The notes: generated from the sequence alone by a model not told the origin. Positions 1 through 7,934 are shown, counted from the first letter of the stretch. The stretch is 33,365 bases of DNA from Desulfobacterales bacterium (GCA_030594505.1 JAUVFC010000001.1:1-33365); one strand, 5' to 3'. Translations and numbers: made by a program.

Positions 1-374
1 CGGCTTCCCGAGAGCAGGCACAGGGGATCGAACAGGTAAGCAAGGCCGTAGCGGAAATGGACAAAGTAACCCAACAAAATGCAGCAGGCGCCGAAGAGTC
101 GGCTTCCGCCTCACAGAGTATGGGCGCCCAGGCAAAAGAGATGCAAAAGATGGTCAGAAACCTGATAACACTCGCGGGGGAGGAAGAAGATAGCTTTGCC
201 GCATCAAGAGACAAGACCGTTTTGGGCATCGACCGCCCGCGTCCGGAGATTGCCGCACGTGCACGGATTGGTAGAGCACAAGCTGTCAGGGCGGAAAGGC
301 CCGCAAAAAAGAAGGACTTTGTCTCCCCGGAGGAGATCATTCCGATGGAAGAGGAAGAGTTCAGTGAATTCTGA
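1..374 (+). CDS. methyl-accepting chemotaxis protein, C-terminal fragment (5' end outside the window)
   Basis: The frame is open from the window edge (..[35 protein letters not shown]..), matching the distal part of an MCP signalling domain. The tail ..EEIIPMEEEEFSEF is paralogous to the tail of the MCP at 3111..4796. Confidence 0.85.
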   Translation, partial: ASREQAQGIEQVSKAVAEMDKVTQQNAAGAEESASASQSMGAQAKEMQKMVRNLITLAGEEEDSFAASRDKTVLGIDRPRPEIAARARIGRAQAVRAERPAKKKDFVSPEEIIPMEEEEFSEF

Positions 375-506
375 GCGAGGAGTTCGTTGAGCACAGACTC
401 GATCCGCACAAAAACTTAATATTTTTTTTTCATATCCGATACGTAACACAATATACACAAAATTCATTAAAATTCATACCACCCAGACAAGACAAGGAGT
501 GATTTT

Positions 507-2021
507 ATGTCCAGGACGGTAACCATTGACCCGATCACGAGGATCGAAGGCCACCTTGCAATCCGTATAAAGATAGATTCAAGTCGAGTCGTCAAGGCAT
601 TCAGCTCCGGTGAAATGTTTCGAGGATTCGAGGTAATCTTAAAAGGCCGGGACCCCATGGATGCCCAGCAGATTACGCAAAGGATATGCGGTGTGTGTCC
701 GGTATCCCATGGTACAGCGTCTATCCTGGCCCAGGATGCGGCCTACGGGGCAACCCCTCCGAAAAACGGAAGACTGATAAGAAATCTTATCCTGGGCGCC
801 AACTATATACAGTCTCATATCTTACATTTCTATCACCTGGCCGCGCTTGACTTTGTGGATATCACGGCAATTACTAAATACAAGGGAAGAGACCCTGTGC
901 TGCGCGATCTGAAAAAATGGGTAAAGGGTCAGATATCATCGAATGTCATCTATCCCGCGGCGCCGTTCCTTCCACGTTACTCCGGTAAATATATCCAGAA
1001 TACGGGCTTGAATATCCTGGCTATCAAACACTATCTTGACGCCCTGGACATGCGGACACTTGCCCATAAGGCGGGAGCGGTCTTTGGGGGGAAGCTCCCA
1101 CATGCCGCAACCTTGGTGCCCGGTGGCGTAACCGAAAAGGTGACTGCCGTCAAGATAGCCGCATATGCGTCGATGATCAGCAAGTTGCAGACCTTTATCG
1201 ACAAATCGTACCTCACGGACGTGGGGGAAGTGGCAGCGGCCTTCCCTGAATATTTCCGGATAGGCAAGGGGTGCGGCAACTTTTTGGCCTACGGGGTGTT
1301 CCCCGAATCCGCGAATAATTCAGAAAAACTCCTCCCTTCCGGCGTGGTCGTCGGAGGCAGGCTCAGATCCTTTGACGCAGCAAGAATTACGGAAGATGTC
1401 AGGTATTCCTTTTATTCGTCATCATCCGGTCTCCACCCGGTTCAAGGTCAAACAGTGCCTGCGCCACATAAAAATGGGGCCTATTCATGGCTTAAGGCGC
1501 CGCGTTATAACGGAACCGTCGTGGAAGTAGGTCCGTTGGCGCGCATCATGGTCGCCTATCTTAAAGGCGAAAATCGAGCGGTTAAAAAATTAGTAAATGG
1601 TCTTCTTGCCAAGTTGGGGAGAAAACCTAAAGACCTGCTCTCTGTGCTGGGGAGACACGCTGCAAGAGCTATTGAATGTAAAGTAGTAGCAGACCGGTGT
1701 GCTGAATGGGTGGAACAGTTAGTCCCGGGAGAACCGACGTTTCAAGACTTCACCATTCCCAAAACAGGAAGAGGTGTGGGATTGACCGAAGCCCCGCGGG
1801 GTGCATTGGGACACTGGCTTGAGATTGATGATCATAAAATAAAGCGCTACCAATGTGTAGTTCCGACTACATGGAACTGTTCTCCCCGTGATGACAATGG
1901 AAATCCGGGGGCCGTGGAGCAGGCGCTCGCAAGAACGCCGATCGCGAACAGTAAAAATCCGATAGAAGCAACACGGGTGGTGAGATCGTTTGATCCGTGC
2001 ATTGCCTGTGCGGTTCATTAA
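507..2021 (+). CDS. [NiFe] hydrogenase large (catalytic) subunit, 504 aa, no C-terminal maturation extension
   Basis: Carries RIEGH and RICGVCPVSH (Cys61/Cys64) near the N-terminus and DPCIACAVH (Cys498/Cys501/His504) at the very C-terminus. AAGGAG RBS at 494..499. The stop codon directly follows the His. Confidence 0.93.
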   Translation: MSRTVTIDPITRIEGHLAIRIKIDSSRVVKAFSSGEMFRGFEVILKGRDPMDAQQITQRICGVCPVSHGTASILAQDAAYGATPPKNGRLIRNLILGANYIQSHILHFYHLAALDFVDITAITKYKGRDPVLRDLKKWVKGQISSNVIYPAAPFLPRYSGKYIQNTGLNILAIKHYLDALDMRTLAHKAGAVFGGKLPHAATLVPGGVTEKVTAVKIAAYASMISKLQTFIDKSYLTDVGEVAAAFPEYFRIGKGCGNFLAYGVFPESANNSEKLLPSGVVVGGRLRSFDAARITEDVRYSFYSSSSGLHPVQGQTVPAPHKNGAYSWLKAPRYNGTVVEVGPLARIMVAYLKGENRAVKKLVNGLLAKLGRKPKDLLSVLGRHAARAIECKVVADRCAEWVEQLVPGEPTFQDFTIPKTGRGVGLTEAPRGALGHWLEIDDHKIKRYQCVVPTTWNCSPRDDNGNPGAVEQALARTPIANSKNPIEATRVVRSFDPCIACAVH

Positions 2022-2116
2022 CGGGTTGCGGGTTGCGGGTTGCGAGTTGCGGGTTGCGGGTTGATAGATAGAAGAGAAGTAAAACTCGTAACTCGCAACT
2101 CGTAACCCGTAACTGT
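2022..2116 (+). repeat. heptamer-array hairpin (6 x CGRGTTG, 20-nt loop, then AACYCGY units)
   Basis: 2031..2062 pairs with 2083..2114 over 32 consecutive pairs: 26 Watson-Crick plus 6 G-U when read as + strand RNA. The array starts on the base after the large-subunit stop codon. Confidence 0.9.
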
Positions 2117-2183
2117 GTCCACCTGCAAAAACCCTTGTGCCAATTTGGTGTTGTTTTGACGACAAAAAATTAGGAGCTTTCAC

Positions 2184-3107
2184 ATGTCTGATATAACTCG
2201 CAGAAAATTCCTGGAACTGAGTGTAAAGCTGGCCGCGCTGATGGGACTCGGGACATCGGCCATTCCGCAAATTGCCGAAGCGCTGGGACGACTTTCCGCA
2301 GGCGCCGCCCCGGTTTTATGGCTGCAAGGGCAAAGTTGCTCCGGCTGTTCGGTCTCACTATTAAATTCTGAAGAGCCCGGGCCGGCACAGATACTGACAG
2401 GATATATCTCCTTGCTGTTTCATTCCACACTGTCCGCCTCTACGGGTGATGTCAGCATGAAGGTCATTAATCGGAGTATAGACGAGGGGGGATACCTTCT
2501 GGTCGTTGAGGGGAGCATCCCGGCAGGAATGCCGGAAGCGTGCATAGTAGGGAAAGAACATTTAACAAAACAGGTCTTGCGGGCCTCAAGAAACGCCAAA
2601 GCAGTGATCGCTATAGGCACATGCGCATCATTCGGCGGCATCCCTGCCGCGGAAAATAACCCCACCGGCGCCGTGGGTCTTCCTGATTTTCTAAAAAGCA
2701 ACGGTGTCTCAACGCCGGTGATCACCCTGCCCGGTTGCCCCGCCCATCCGGACTGGCTGGTGGGAACTCTGGTGCACGTACTGAAATTTGGAATCCCGTC
2801 TCTGGATGACAAGGGTCGCCCCAAGATGTTTTTTTCCAGGCTGATTCACGATCAATGTCCCCGTTTCGCAGATTATGAAAGGGAGAATTTTGCCGGGACC
2901 TTTTCAGATGAAGGATGCCTTTTCAATCTGGGCTGCCTCGGACCGGTCACCCACGCTGATTGCACCCTGCGCCATTGGAATTCCGGCACCAATTGCTGCA
3001 TCAATGCAGGAGCGCCGTGTATCGGATGTGCCTCGGAAAATTTCGCGGCCAGGGCATCGTTTCCTTTTTATAGAAAAGGGGAACAGAATAAGGGAAAGGA
3101 AAGATAA
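2184..3107 (+). CDS. [NiFe] hydrogenase small (Fe-S) subunit with twin-arginine (Tat) signal peptide
   Basis: The N-terminus MSDITRRKFLELSVKLAALMGLG.. is a Tat motif. CSGC, GTCA and GCP are proximal-cluster motifs. HDQC..C-x5-C..C..CIGC are the distal/medial cluster ligands. AGGAG RBS at 2172..2176. No C-terminal membrane anchor. Confidence 0.92.
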   Translation: MSDITRRKFLELSVKLAALMGLGTSAIPQIAEALGRLSAGAAPVLWLQGQSCSGCSVSLLNSEEPGPAQILTGYISLLFHSTLSASTGDVSMKVINRSIDEGGYLLVVEGSIPAGMPEACIVGKEHLTKQVLRASRNAKAVIAIGTCASFGGIPAAENNPTGAVGLPDFLKSNGVSTPVITLPGCPAHPDWLVGTLVHVLKFGIPSLDDKGRPKMFFSRLIHDQCPRFADYERENFAGTFSDEGCLFNLGCLGPVTHADCTLRHWNSGTNCCINAGAPCIGCASENFAARASFPFYRKGEQNKGKER

Positions 3108-3110
3108 TAT

Positions 3111-4796
3111 ATGAAACTTCATACCAGATTATTTGATCATAAGAAGCTTCATACCAAATTGATTGTTTCGCTCGTGGGGGGCCTGATTGTCGTTGTTGCA
3201 CTGGCCCAGCTTATGCAGTACTTTGGCATTACAGGGTCAATTTCCGGTCTTTCAGAATCAAACATCAATCTCCTCAAGGAGAGGGAAGAAGAGAACGCCA
3301 AAAATATATTCCGGGCAGTAGAACAGGCTGTTGGCGGATCTCTTGAAAGAGGAGAAATGGAAAAATTCACCAAAATCCTCGAAGCCCAACGGGAAGTGGA
3401 AGGCTTGCTCGAGTTTTCTCTGTACGACCGCGAGGGGGTTGTATCACATTCCTCAGATCCTTCATTTCTAAAAAAGGAGCTTCCGCCGGATATTAAAACC
3501 CGGCTACTCGGTTCCCCTGAGATGCTTCTCCTCCATACACAAGAAGCGCTGGAGATTTATCAGCCTCAAAAGATCACAGGCGACTGTATCCGCTGTCATA
3601 TGGATTGGAAGACAGGGGATATAGGAGGGATAACCCATTTTAGATTTTCAACGGAAGCTTTAAGAAAAGCGGAAACGCAGGCAACAGCAACCATAGCGGA
3701 TGCGCAAAGCACATCGCTCAGGAATTCTTTCCTCACCGTACTCGGAATTATTGTCGTATCCGTAGTTACGATGTATTTTCTGATAAAAAAATTCGTAGGC
3801 CGGCCGCTCGACCAATTTATGCGGCTCCTGAAACAATCTAAAGGAGACCTTACACGTCGAATGCCGATAACAACACAAGACGAAATAGGGCAATTGGCAC
3901 GCTGGTTCAACTCCTTCATGGAACAGTTAAACAATGCAATCGGACATGCACAAGAGGCGGCCTTTATAGTAGGAAGCGGGGCCAGCGAACAAGCGGCCGC
4001 GGTAGAAGAGACCTCCGGATCCATGGAAGAGATGGCCTCCATGACCAAACAGAATGCGAGCAATGCTCAGGAAGCAAACAAGTTAATGACGGAAGTCTCT
4101 CAGGAGATCCATCAGGCCAATGAATCAATGAACTCCCTGACTCGCGCAATGGAGGAACTCTCAGAGGCAAGTGATAAAACAGCCAGGATCGTCAAGACAA
4201 TCGATGAAATTGCCTTTCAGACAAATCTCCTTGCCCTGAATGCAGCGGTGGAAGCTGCCCGTGCAGGAGAGGCAGGGGCAGGTTTTGCGGTAGTGGCTGA
4301 TGAGGTCAGAAACCTTGCCATGAGAGCAGCCGAATCCGCCAAGAGCACATCGGAACTGATCGACGACACCGTAAACAAGATCAAGGACAGCAGTGGTTTG
4401 GTAAGCAGGGCAAACGAAGCGTTTGAAGATGTGGCAGGGAGAAGTAAAAAGGCGGCGGCGCTGGTTAAAGAAATCGCAGCAGCTTCGCAAGAGCAGGCTC
4501 AAGGGATCGAGCAGGTCAATAAATCATTAGTGGAAATGGACAGGACAACCCAGGAAAACGCTGCACAGTCCGAAGAACTCACAGCTACCATGTCAATATT
4601 TAAAACAGAGCAAAGTGAAAATGAAAAACAGATTGAAGCTCCAGGCATAGCTTCAAAATCTGAAAAGAAGATTCGACCTGAAAAGAAGATTCGACCTGAA
4701 AAGGAGATTCGACCTGAAAAGATTATCCCGATGGATGATGACCTGTGGGATAATGACCTATGGGATAATGATGAAAAAAAATTCGAGGATTTTTAA
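3111..4796 (+). CDS. methyl-accepting chemotaxis protein with periplasmic CXXCH (haem-c type) sensor domain
   Basis: TM1 spans residues 17-38. A periplasmic domain of about 165 aa contains CIRCH (3585..3599). TM2 spans residues 206-226, followed by a HAMP-like segment. The signalling domain has the tip motif [38 protein letters not shown]. The ATG lies 3 nt after the small-subunit stop. Confidence 0.92.
   Translation: MKLHTRLFDHKKLHTKLIVSLVGGLIVVVALAQLMQYFGITGSISGLSESNINLLKEREEENAKNIFRAVEQAVGGSLERGEMEKFTKILEAQREVEGLLEFSLYDREGVVSHSSDPSFLKKELPPDIKTRLLGSPEMLLLHTQEALEIYQPQKITGDCIRCHMDWKTGDIGGITHFRFSTEALRKAETQATATIADAQSTSLRNSFLTVLGIIVVSVVTMYFLIKKFVGRPLDQFMRLLKQSKGDLTRRMPITTQDEIGQLARWFNSFMEQLNNAIGHAQEAAFIVGSGASEQAAAVEETSGSMEEMASMTKQNASNAQEANKLMTEVSQEIHQANESMNSLTRAMEELSEASDKTARIVKTIDEIAFQTNLLALNAAVEAARAGEAGAGFAVVADEVRNLAMRAAESAKSTSELIDDTVNKIKDSSGLVSRANEAFEDVAGRSKKAAALVKEIAAASQEQAQGIEQVNKSLVEMDRTTQENAAQSEELTATMSIFKTEQSENEKQIEAPGIASKSEKKIRPEKKIRPEKEIRPEKIIPMDDDLWDNDLWDNDEKKFEDF
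4661..4724 (+). repeat. in-frame 18-bp tandem repeat (3.5 copies) in the MCP C-terminal linker
   Basis: tgaaaagaagattcgacc x2, tgaaaaggagattcgacc, then a partial tgaaaagatt. Encodes (E)[20 protein letters not shown]. Confidence 0.95.
4740..4769 (+). repeat. in-frame 15-bp tandem repeat (2 copies) in the MCP tail
   Basis: gacctgtgggataat / gacctatgggataat, encoding [10 protein letters not shown]. Confidence 0.95.
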
Positions 4797-5176
4797 TTGT
4801 TGACTTTCTCGGTTTTACCTTCTGCGGCAATCAACTCCACAAAAGACATGGGAGCAGCATCTCCTCTCCGGCGCCCTGTCTTTGTTATCCTGGTATATCC
4901 GCCGTTTCTGTTCCCATAGAGGTTATGTGCTTCTTCAAAAAGCTTGTGGACGACCTTCTTGTTTCTCACCACTGCAAGGGCCTGTCTTCTGGCATGAAGA
5001 TCTCCCCGTTTTGCTAATGTAATTATCTTGTCAGCCCAACGCCGGACCTCCTTGGCTCTGGTATCGGTAGTCCTGATGTGACCGTGCTCCAATAATGAGG
5101 TCACCATATTTCTAAACATCGCCGTCCGATGACTCGATGTTCTATTCAGCTTTAATCCGGATTTGAGGTGTCTCAT
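4793..5176 (-). CDS. rplQ: 50S ribosomal protein L17
   Basis: [17 protein letters not shown].. is a typical L17 N-terminus. The ATG at 5176 is preceded by GAAGGGGA. The ORF track's upstream start (5197) was not used. Confidence 0.92.
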   Translation of the reverse strand: MRHLKSGLKLNRTSSHRTAMFRNMVTSLLEHGHIRTTDTRAKEVRRWADKIITLAKRGDLHARRQALAVVRNKKVVHKLFEEAHNLYGNRNGGYTRITKTGRRRGDAAPMSFVELIAAEGKTEKVNN

Positions 5177-6212
5177 TTTTCCCCTTCTCTTTCTCATTGT
5201 TGTCGGGCGACAGTGGGAAACCTTCCAATTTCATCCCTAAAGAGAGGGACATTTCAGCTAAAATCTCTTTAATCTCGTTCAACGACTTGCGCCCAAAATT
5301 TTTTGTCTTTAGCATCTCGACCTCTGTTTTTTGAACCAGGTCACTGATATATTTTATATCGGCATTCTTGAGACAGTTGGCCGAACGTACCGAAAGCTCA
5401 AGTTCATCCACGCTTCTGAACAGATTTTGATTGATCTCAGGTTCTTCTTTCGTGGGTTCCTCTTCAACTACCACTTCCTCATCAAAATTAATAAAAAGGG
5501 TAAGCTGTTCTTTTAATATCTTTGCGGCATATGCCACAGAGTCTTCCGGCAAGACACTTCCATCAGTCCATACTTCCAGGCTCAGCTTGTCATAGTCGGT
5601 CTTCTGGCCCACACGAGCATTGCCAACAATATAATTAACCTTCTTTATGGGAGAAAAAACAGCATCAAGCGGGACGGTCCCAAGGGGGCTGTCTTCCTCT
5701 TTATTTAATTCCGATGGGACATACCCTTTCCCCACCTTTACAGTAATGTCCATAGCCAGTTTGCCATCCTTGGAAAGTGTTGCAATGTGGCGCTCAGGAT
5801 TCAACACGACCACACTTCCATCGGTTATAAGGTCAGACGCTTTAACAACACACTCTCCCGAGGCCTTGATCCGCACTGTTCGCGGCCCCATATCTTCCAT
5901 TTTGAAACAGACTTCTTTAATATTTAACAAAAGATCTGCCACATCTTCCAACACACCGGGAATGCTTGTGAATTCATGTGTCACCGAATCAATCTTCACT
6001 GATGTCGCAGCAGCGCCGTACAGTGAAGACAAAAGTACTCTTCGCAGGGCATTGCCGATGGTCAGGCCAAACCCTCTTTCCAACGGCTCACAAACAAACT
6101 TTCCATAATAATTCTTGTGCGTTTCAGGAATTATGTTGACCCTTTTAGGCTTGATAAGCTCACGCCAATTAATGGACATTAATCCTTTTGATTCTTTCGA
6201 TCCCATTATCAT
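5142..6212 (-). CDS. rpoA: DNA-directed RNA polymerase alpha subunit
   Basis: ..[11 protein letters not shown].. N-terminal domain and a C-terminal domain with [13 protein letters not shown]. The start is uncertain: ATG at 6212 or 6206 (after GGGGAG) or ATG at 6179 (after AAGGA). The 3' end overlaps rplQ by 35 nt. Confidence 0.9.
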   Translation of the reverse strand: MIMGSKESKGLMSINWRELIKPKRVNIIPETHKNYYGKFVCEPLERGFGLTIGNALRRVLLSSLYGAAATSVKIDSVTHEFTSIPGVLEDVADLLLNIKEVCFKMEDMGPRTVRIKASGECVVKASDLITDGSVVVLNPERHIATLSKDGKLAMDITVKVGKGYVPSELNKEEDSPLGTVPLDAVFSPIKKVNYIVGNARVGQKTDYDKLSLEVWTDGSVLPEDSVAYAAKILKEQLTLFINFDEEVVVEEEPTKEEPEINQNLFRSVDELELSVRSANCLKNADIKYISDLVQKTEVEMLKTKNFGRKSLNEIKEILAEMSLSLGMKLEGFPLSPDNNEKEKGKNETPQIRIKAE

Positions 6213-6251
6213 TTTCTCCCCGGTCGTTTCTTTATCTGCCAAATCAGTATT

Positions 6252-6380
6252 GATGGTTTCGTAAAAAGTCGCCAGGCCCCCTTTTTCGTCATTACCCGCG
6301 AAAGCGGGATCAGCCTGTTCCGGACTCCCGCCTACGCGGGAGTGACCACGCTAAGGCGTGGGACTTTTTACGAAACCATC
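6252..6380. repeat. 129-bp element with perfect 19-bp terminal inverted repeats (MITE-like / structured repeat)
   Basis: gatggtttcgtaaaaagtc (6252..6270) and gactttttacgaaaccatc (6362..6380). The interior holds three short GC hairpins: cccgc-gaaa-gcggg, ctcccgc-ctac-gcgggag and ccacgc-taag-gcgtgg. Confidence 0.85.
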
Positions 6381-6391
6381 AGGATTAAAAA

Positions 6392-7021
6392 CTATTTTGA
6401 ATAAAGCTCTACAATAAGCTGTTCTTGAATAGGCATTGTTAAATCTTCACGCGTCGGAAAGGCATTGACCTTCCCTCTGAAATTTTCCTTGTCAAGTTCC
6501 AGCCATTTAGTTATGCCCCTCCGCTCCACAGCGTCCATTGCTTCAGCAAACAGTGAGATTGTACGTTTCTTCTCCTTTACCTCAATCACATCGCCAACTT
6601 TTACCAAATAAGAAGGGATATCTACTTTTCTCCCGTTGACCGTAAAGTGTCCGTGCCGAACTAATAACCGTGCCTGTGTACGGGAATTAGCAAGACCGAG
6701 CCGATAAACAACATTATCCATCCTGCGTTCCAAAAGCACCAACAGACTCGTACCTGTAATTCCCTTTTGACGCTCCGCCGCTTTAAAATAAGAGTGGAAT
6801 TGTTTTTCCAGCAGACCATACATTCTCTTGACCTTCTGTTTTTCCCGGAGCTGTATCGCGTAATCTGAAAGCTTGCCGGCACGACGCTGTCCGTGTTGTC
6901 CCGGCGCATAACTACGCCTGTCGTAGGCACACTTGTCCGTATAACACCTATCACCCTTTAAAAACAGCTTAAGATTCTCTTTGCGGCACAATCTGCATAC
7001 TGACCTAATATATCTTGCCAA
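6392..7021 (-). CDS. rpsD: 30S ribosomal protein S4
   Basis: (M)[14 protein letters not shown].. N-terminus with four Cys. TTG start (caa at 7019..7021) after AGGAGG. Confidence 0.95.
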   Translation of the reverse strand: MARYIRSVCRLCRKENLKLFLKGDRCYTDKCAYDRRSYAPGQHGQRRAGKLSDYAIQLREKQKVKRMYGLLEKQFHSYFKAAERQKGITGTSLLVLLERRMDNVVYRLGLANSRTQARLLVRHGHFTVNGRKVDIPSYLVKVGDVIEVKEKKRTISLFAEAMDAVERRGITKWLELDKENFRGKVNAFPTREDLTMPIQEQLIVELYSK

Positions 7022-7062
7022 AATATCCTCCTGTTAACTTAATCGCCTTCGGCTAAACTTTT

Positions 7063-7105
7063 TAGACAGGATTTACAGGATTTTTTATCCTGTTTATCCT
7101 GTCTA
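7063..7105. repeat. palindrome of phased ACAGGAT 7-mers in the rpsK-rpsD spacer
   Basis: tagACAGGATttACAGGAT-ttttt-ATCCTGTttATCCTGTcta. The arms are 19 nt with a central 2x2 mismatch. Confidence 0.8.
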
Positions 7106-7138
7106 ACAAAAAGGAAATTCCTATACTATTAAACTCTC

Positions 7139-7531
7139 TTACACTCTCCTCCTCTTTGGAGGTCTACAACCATTATGGGGAATAGGGGTAACATCTTTAA
7201 TTAACCGGACATTAAATCCTGTGGCTTGAAGTGCCCGTAAAGCAGCTTCTCTCCCGGCCCCCGGCCCTTTTACATATACATCTATATTCTTCATTCCGTG
7301 TTCCATCGCCTTTTTGGCCGCATCTTCAGCCGCAAGCTGGGCGGCAAAGGGGGTACTTTTTCTCGACCCCTTAAATCCTTGCATGCCGGCGCTTGCCCAC
7401 GAAATTACATTTCCGGACTGGTCCGTGATCGTCACAATCGTATTATTAAATGTGGATTGGATATGCGCAACCCCGTTTTGAACAAACTTTTTGACCTGTT
7501 TTTTGCCTCCCCGACGGCTCGCTTTTACCAT
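7139..7531 (-). CDS. rpsK: 30S ribosomal protein S11
   Basis: ..[29 protein letters not shown].. are S11 signatures. Confidence 0.96.
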   Translation of the reverse strand: MVKASRRGGKKQVKKFVQNGVAHIQSTFNNTIVTITDQSGNVISWASAGMQGFKGSRKSTPFAAQLAAEDAAKKAMEHGMKNIDVYVKGPGAGREAALRALQATGFNVRLIKDVTPIPHNGCRPPKRRRV

Positions 7532-7562
7532 TTTACCCCCTAATCTTTTTTGATGAAAATCA

Positions 7563-7934
7563 TCACTTCTTCCGCTTGCCTACTGTAGCACGACGTGGTC
7601 CTTTACGAGTCCTGGCGTTGGTATGGGTTCTCTGCCCCCTTACCGGCAGTGACTTCCTGTGACGCAAACCCCTATAGCAGCCCAAGTCCATCAATCGCTT
7701 GATGTTCATAGAAATTTCACTGCGGAGATCACCTTCGACCTTATATTCGTTATCTATGACCTTTCTGATATCGCTTACCTGGGCGTCAGTGAGTTCATCG
7801 GTTTTCATATCTAAACCGATACCTGCTTTTCCCAATATCTTTTGGGACGTTATACGTCCGATTCCAAAAATATAGGTTAACCCAATCTCGATACGCTTCC
7901 CCCTGGGCAAATCAACTCCAGCAATCCTTGCCAA
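7563..7934 (-). CDS. rpsM: 30S ribosomal protein S13
   Basis: (M)[25 protein letters not shown]... TTG start (caa at 7932..7934) after AAGGAGG. Confidence 0.96.
   Translation of the reverse strand: MARIAGVDLPRGKRIEIGLTYIFGIGRITSQKILGKAGIGLDMKTDELTDAQVSDIRKVIDNEYKVEGDLRSEISMNIKRLMDLGCYRGLRHRKSLPVRGQRTHTNARTRKGPRRATVGKRKK

Noticed and set aside
375-506. Sigma-54 (-24/-12) promoter upstream of the hydrogenase
   Set aside because: No TGGCAC-N5-TTGC-like match was found. Only weak sigma-70-like hexamers are present, so no promoter is called.
1992-2021. [NiFeSe] hydrogenase / selenocysteine recoding
   Set aside because: The C-terminal motif is DPCIACAVH, with both ligands encoded by TGT/TGC and no in-frame TGA.
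1719-2270. 183-aa - strand ORF spanning the hydrogenase intergenic hairpin
   Set aside because: It is antisense to the large-subunit 3' end and reads through the heptamer repeats (..PATRNSQPATRNP..), so it is not a plausible gene.
5647-6108. 153-aa + strand ORF
   Set aside because: It is antisense to rpoA and is a shadow ORF.
6213-6242. Longest rpoA start (TTG at 6242)
   Set aside because: It has no RBS and directly abuts the repeat element. Internal ATGs with GGGGAG or AAGGA RBS fit the conserved NWRELIKP N-terminus better.
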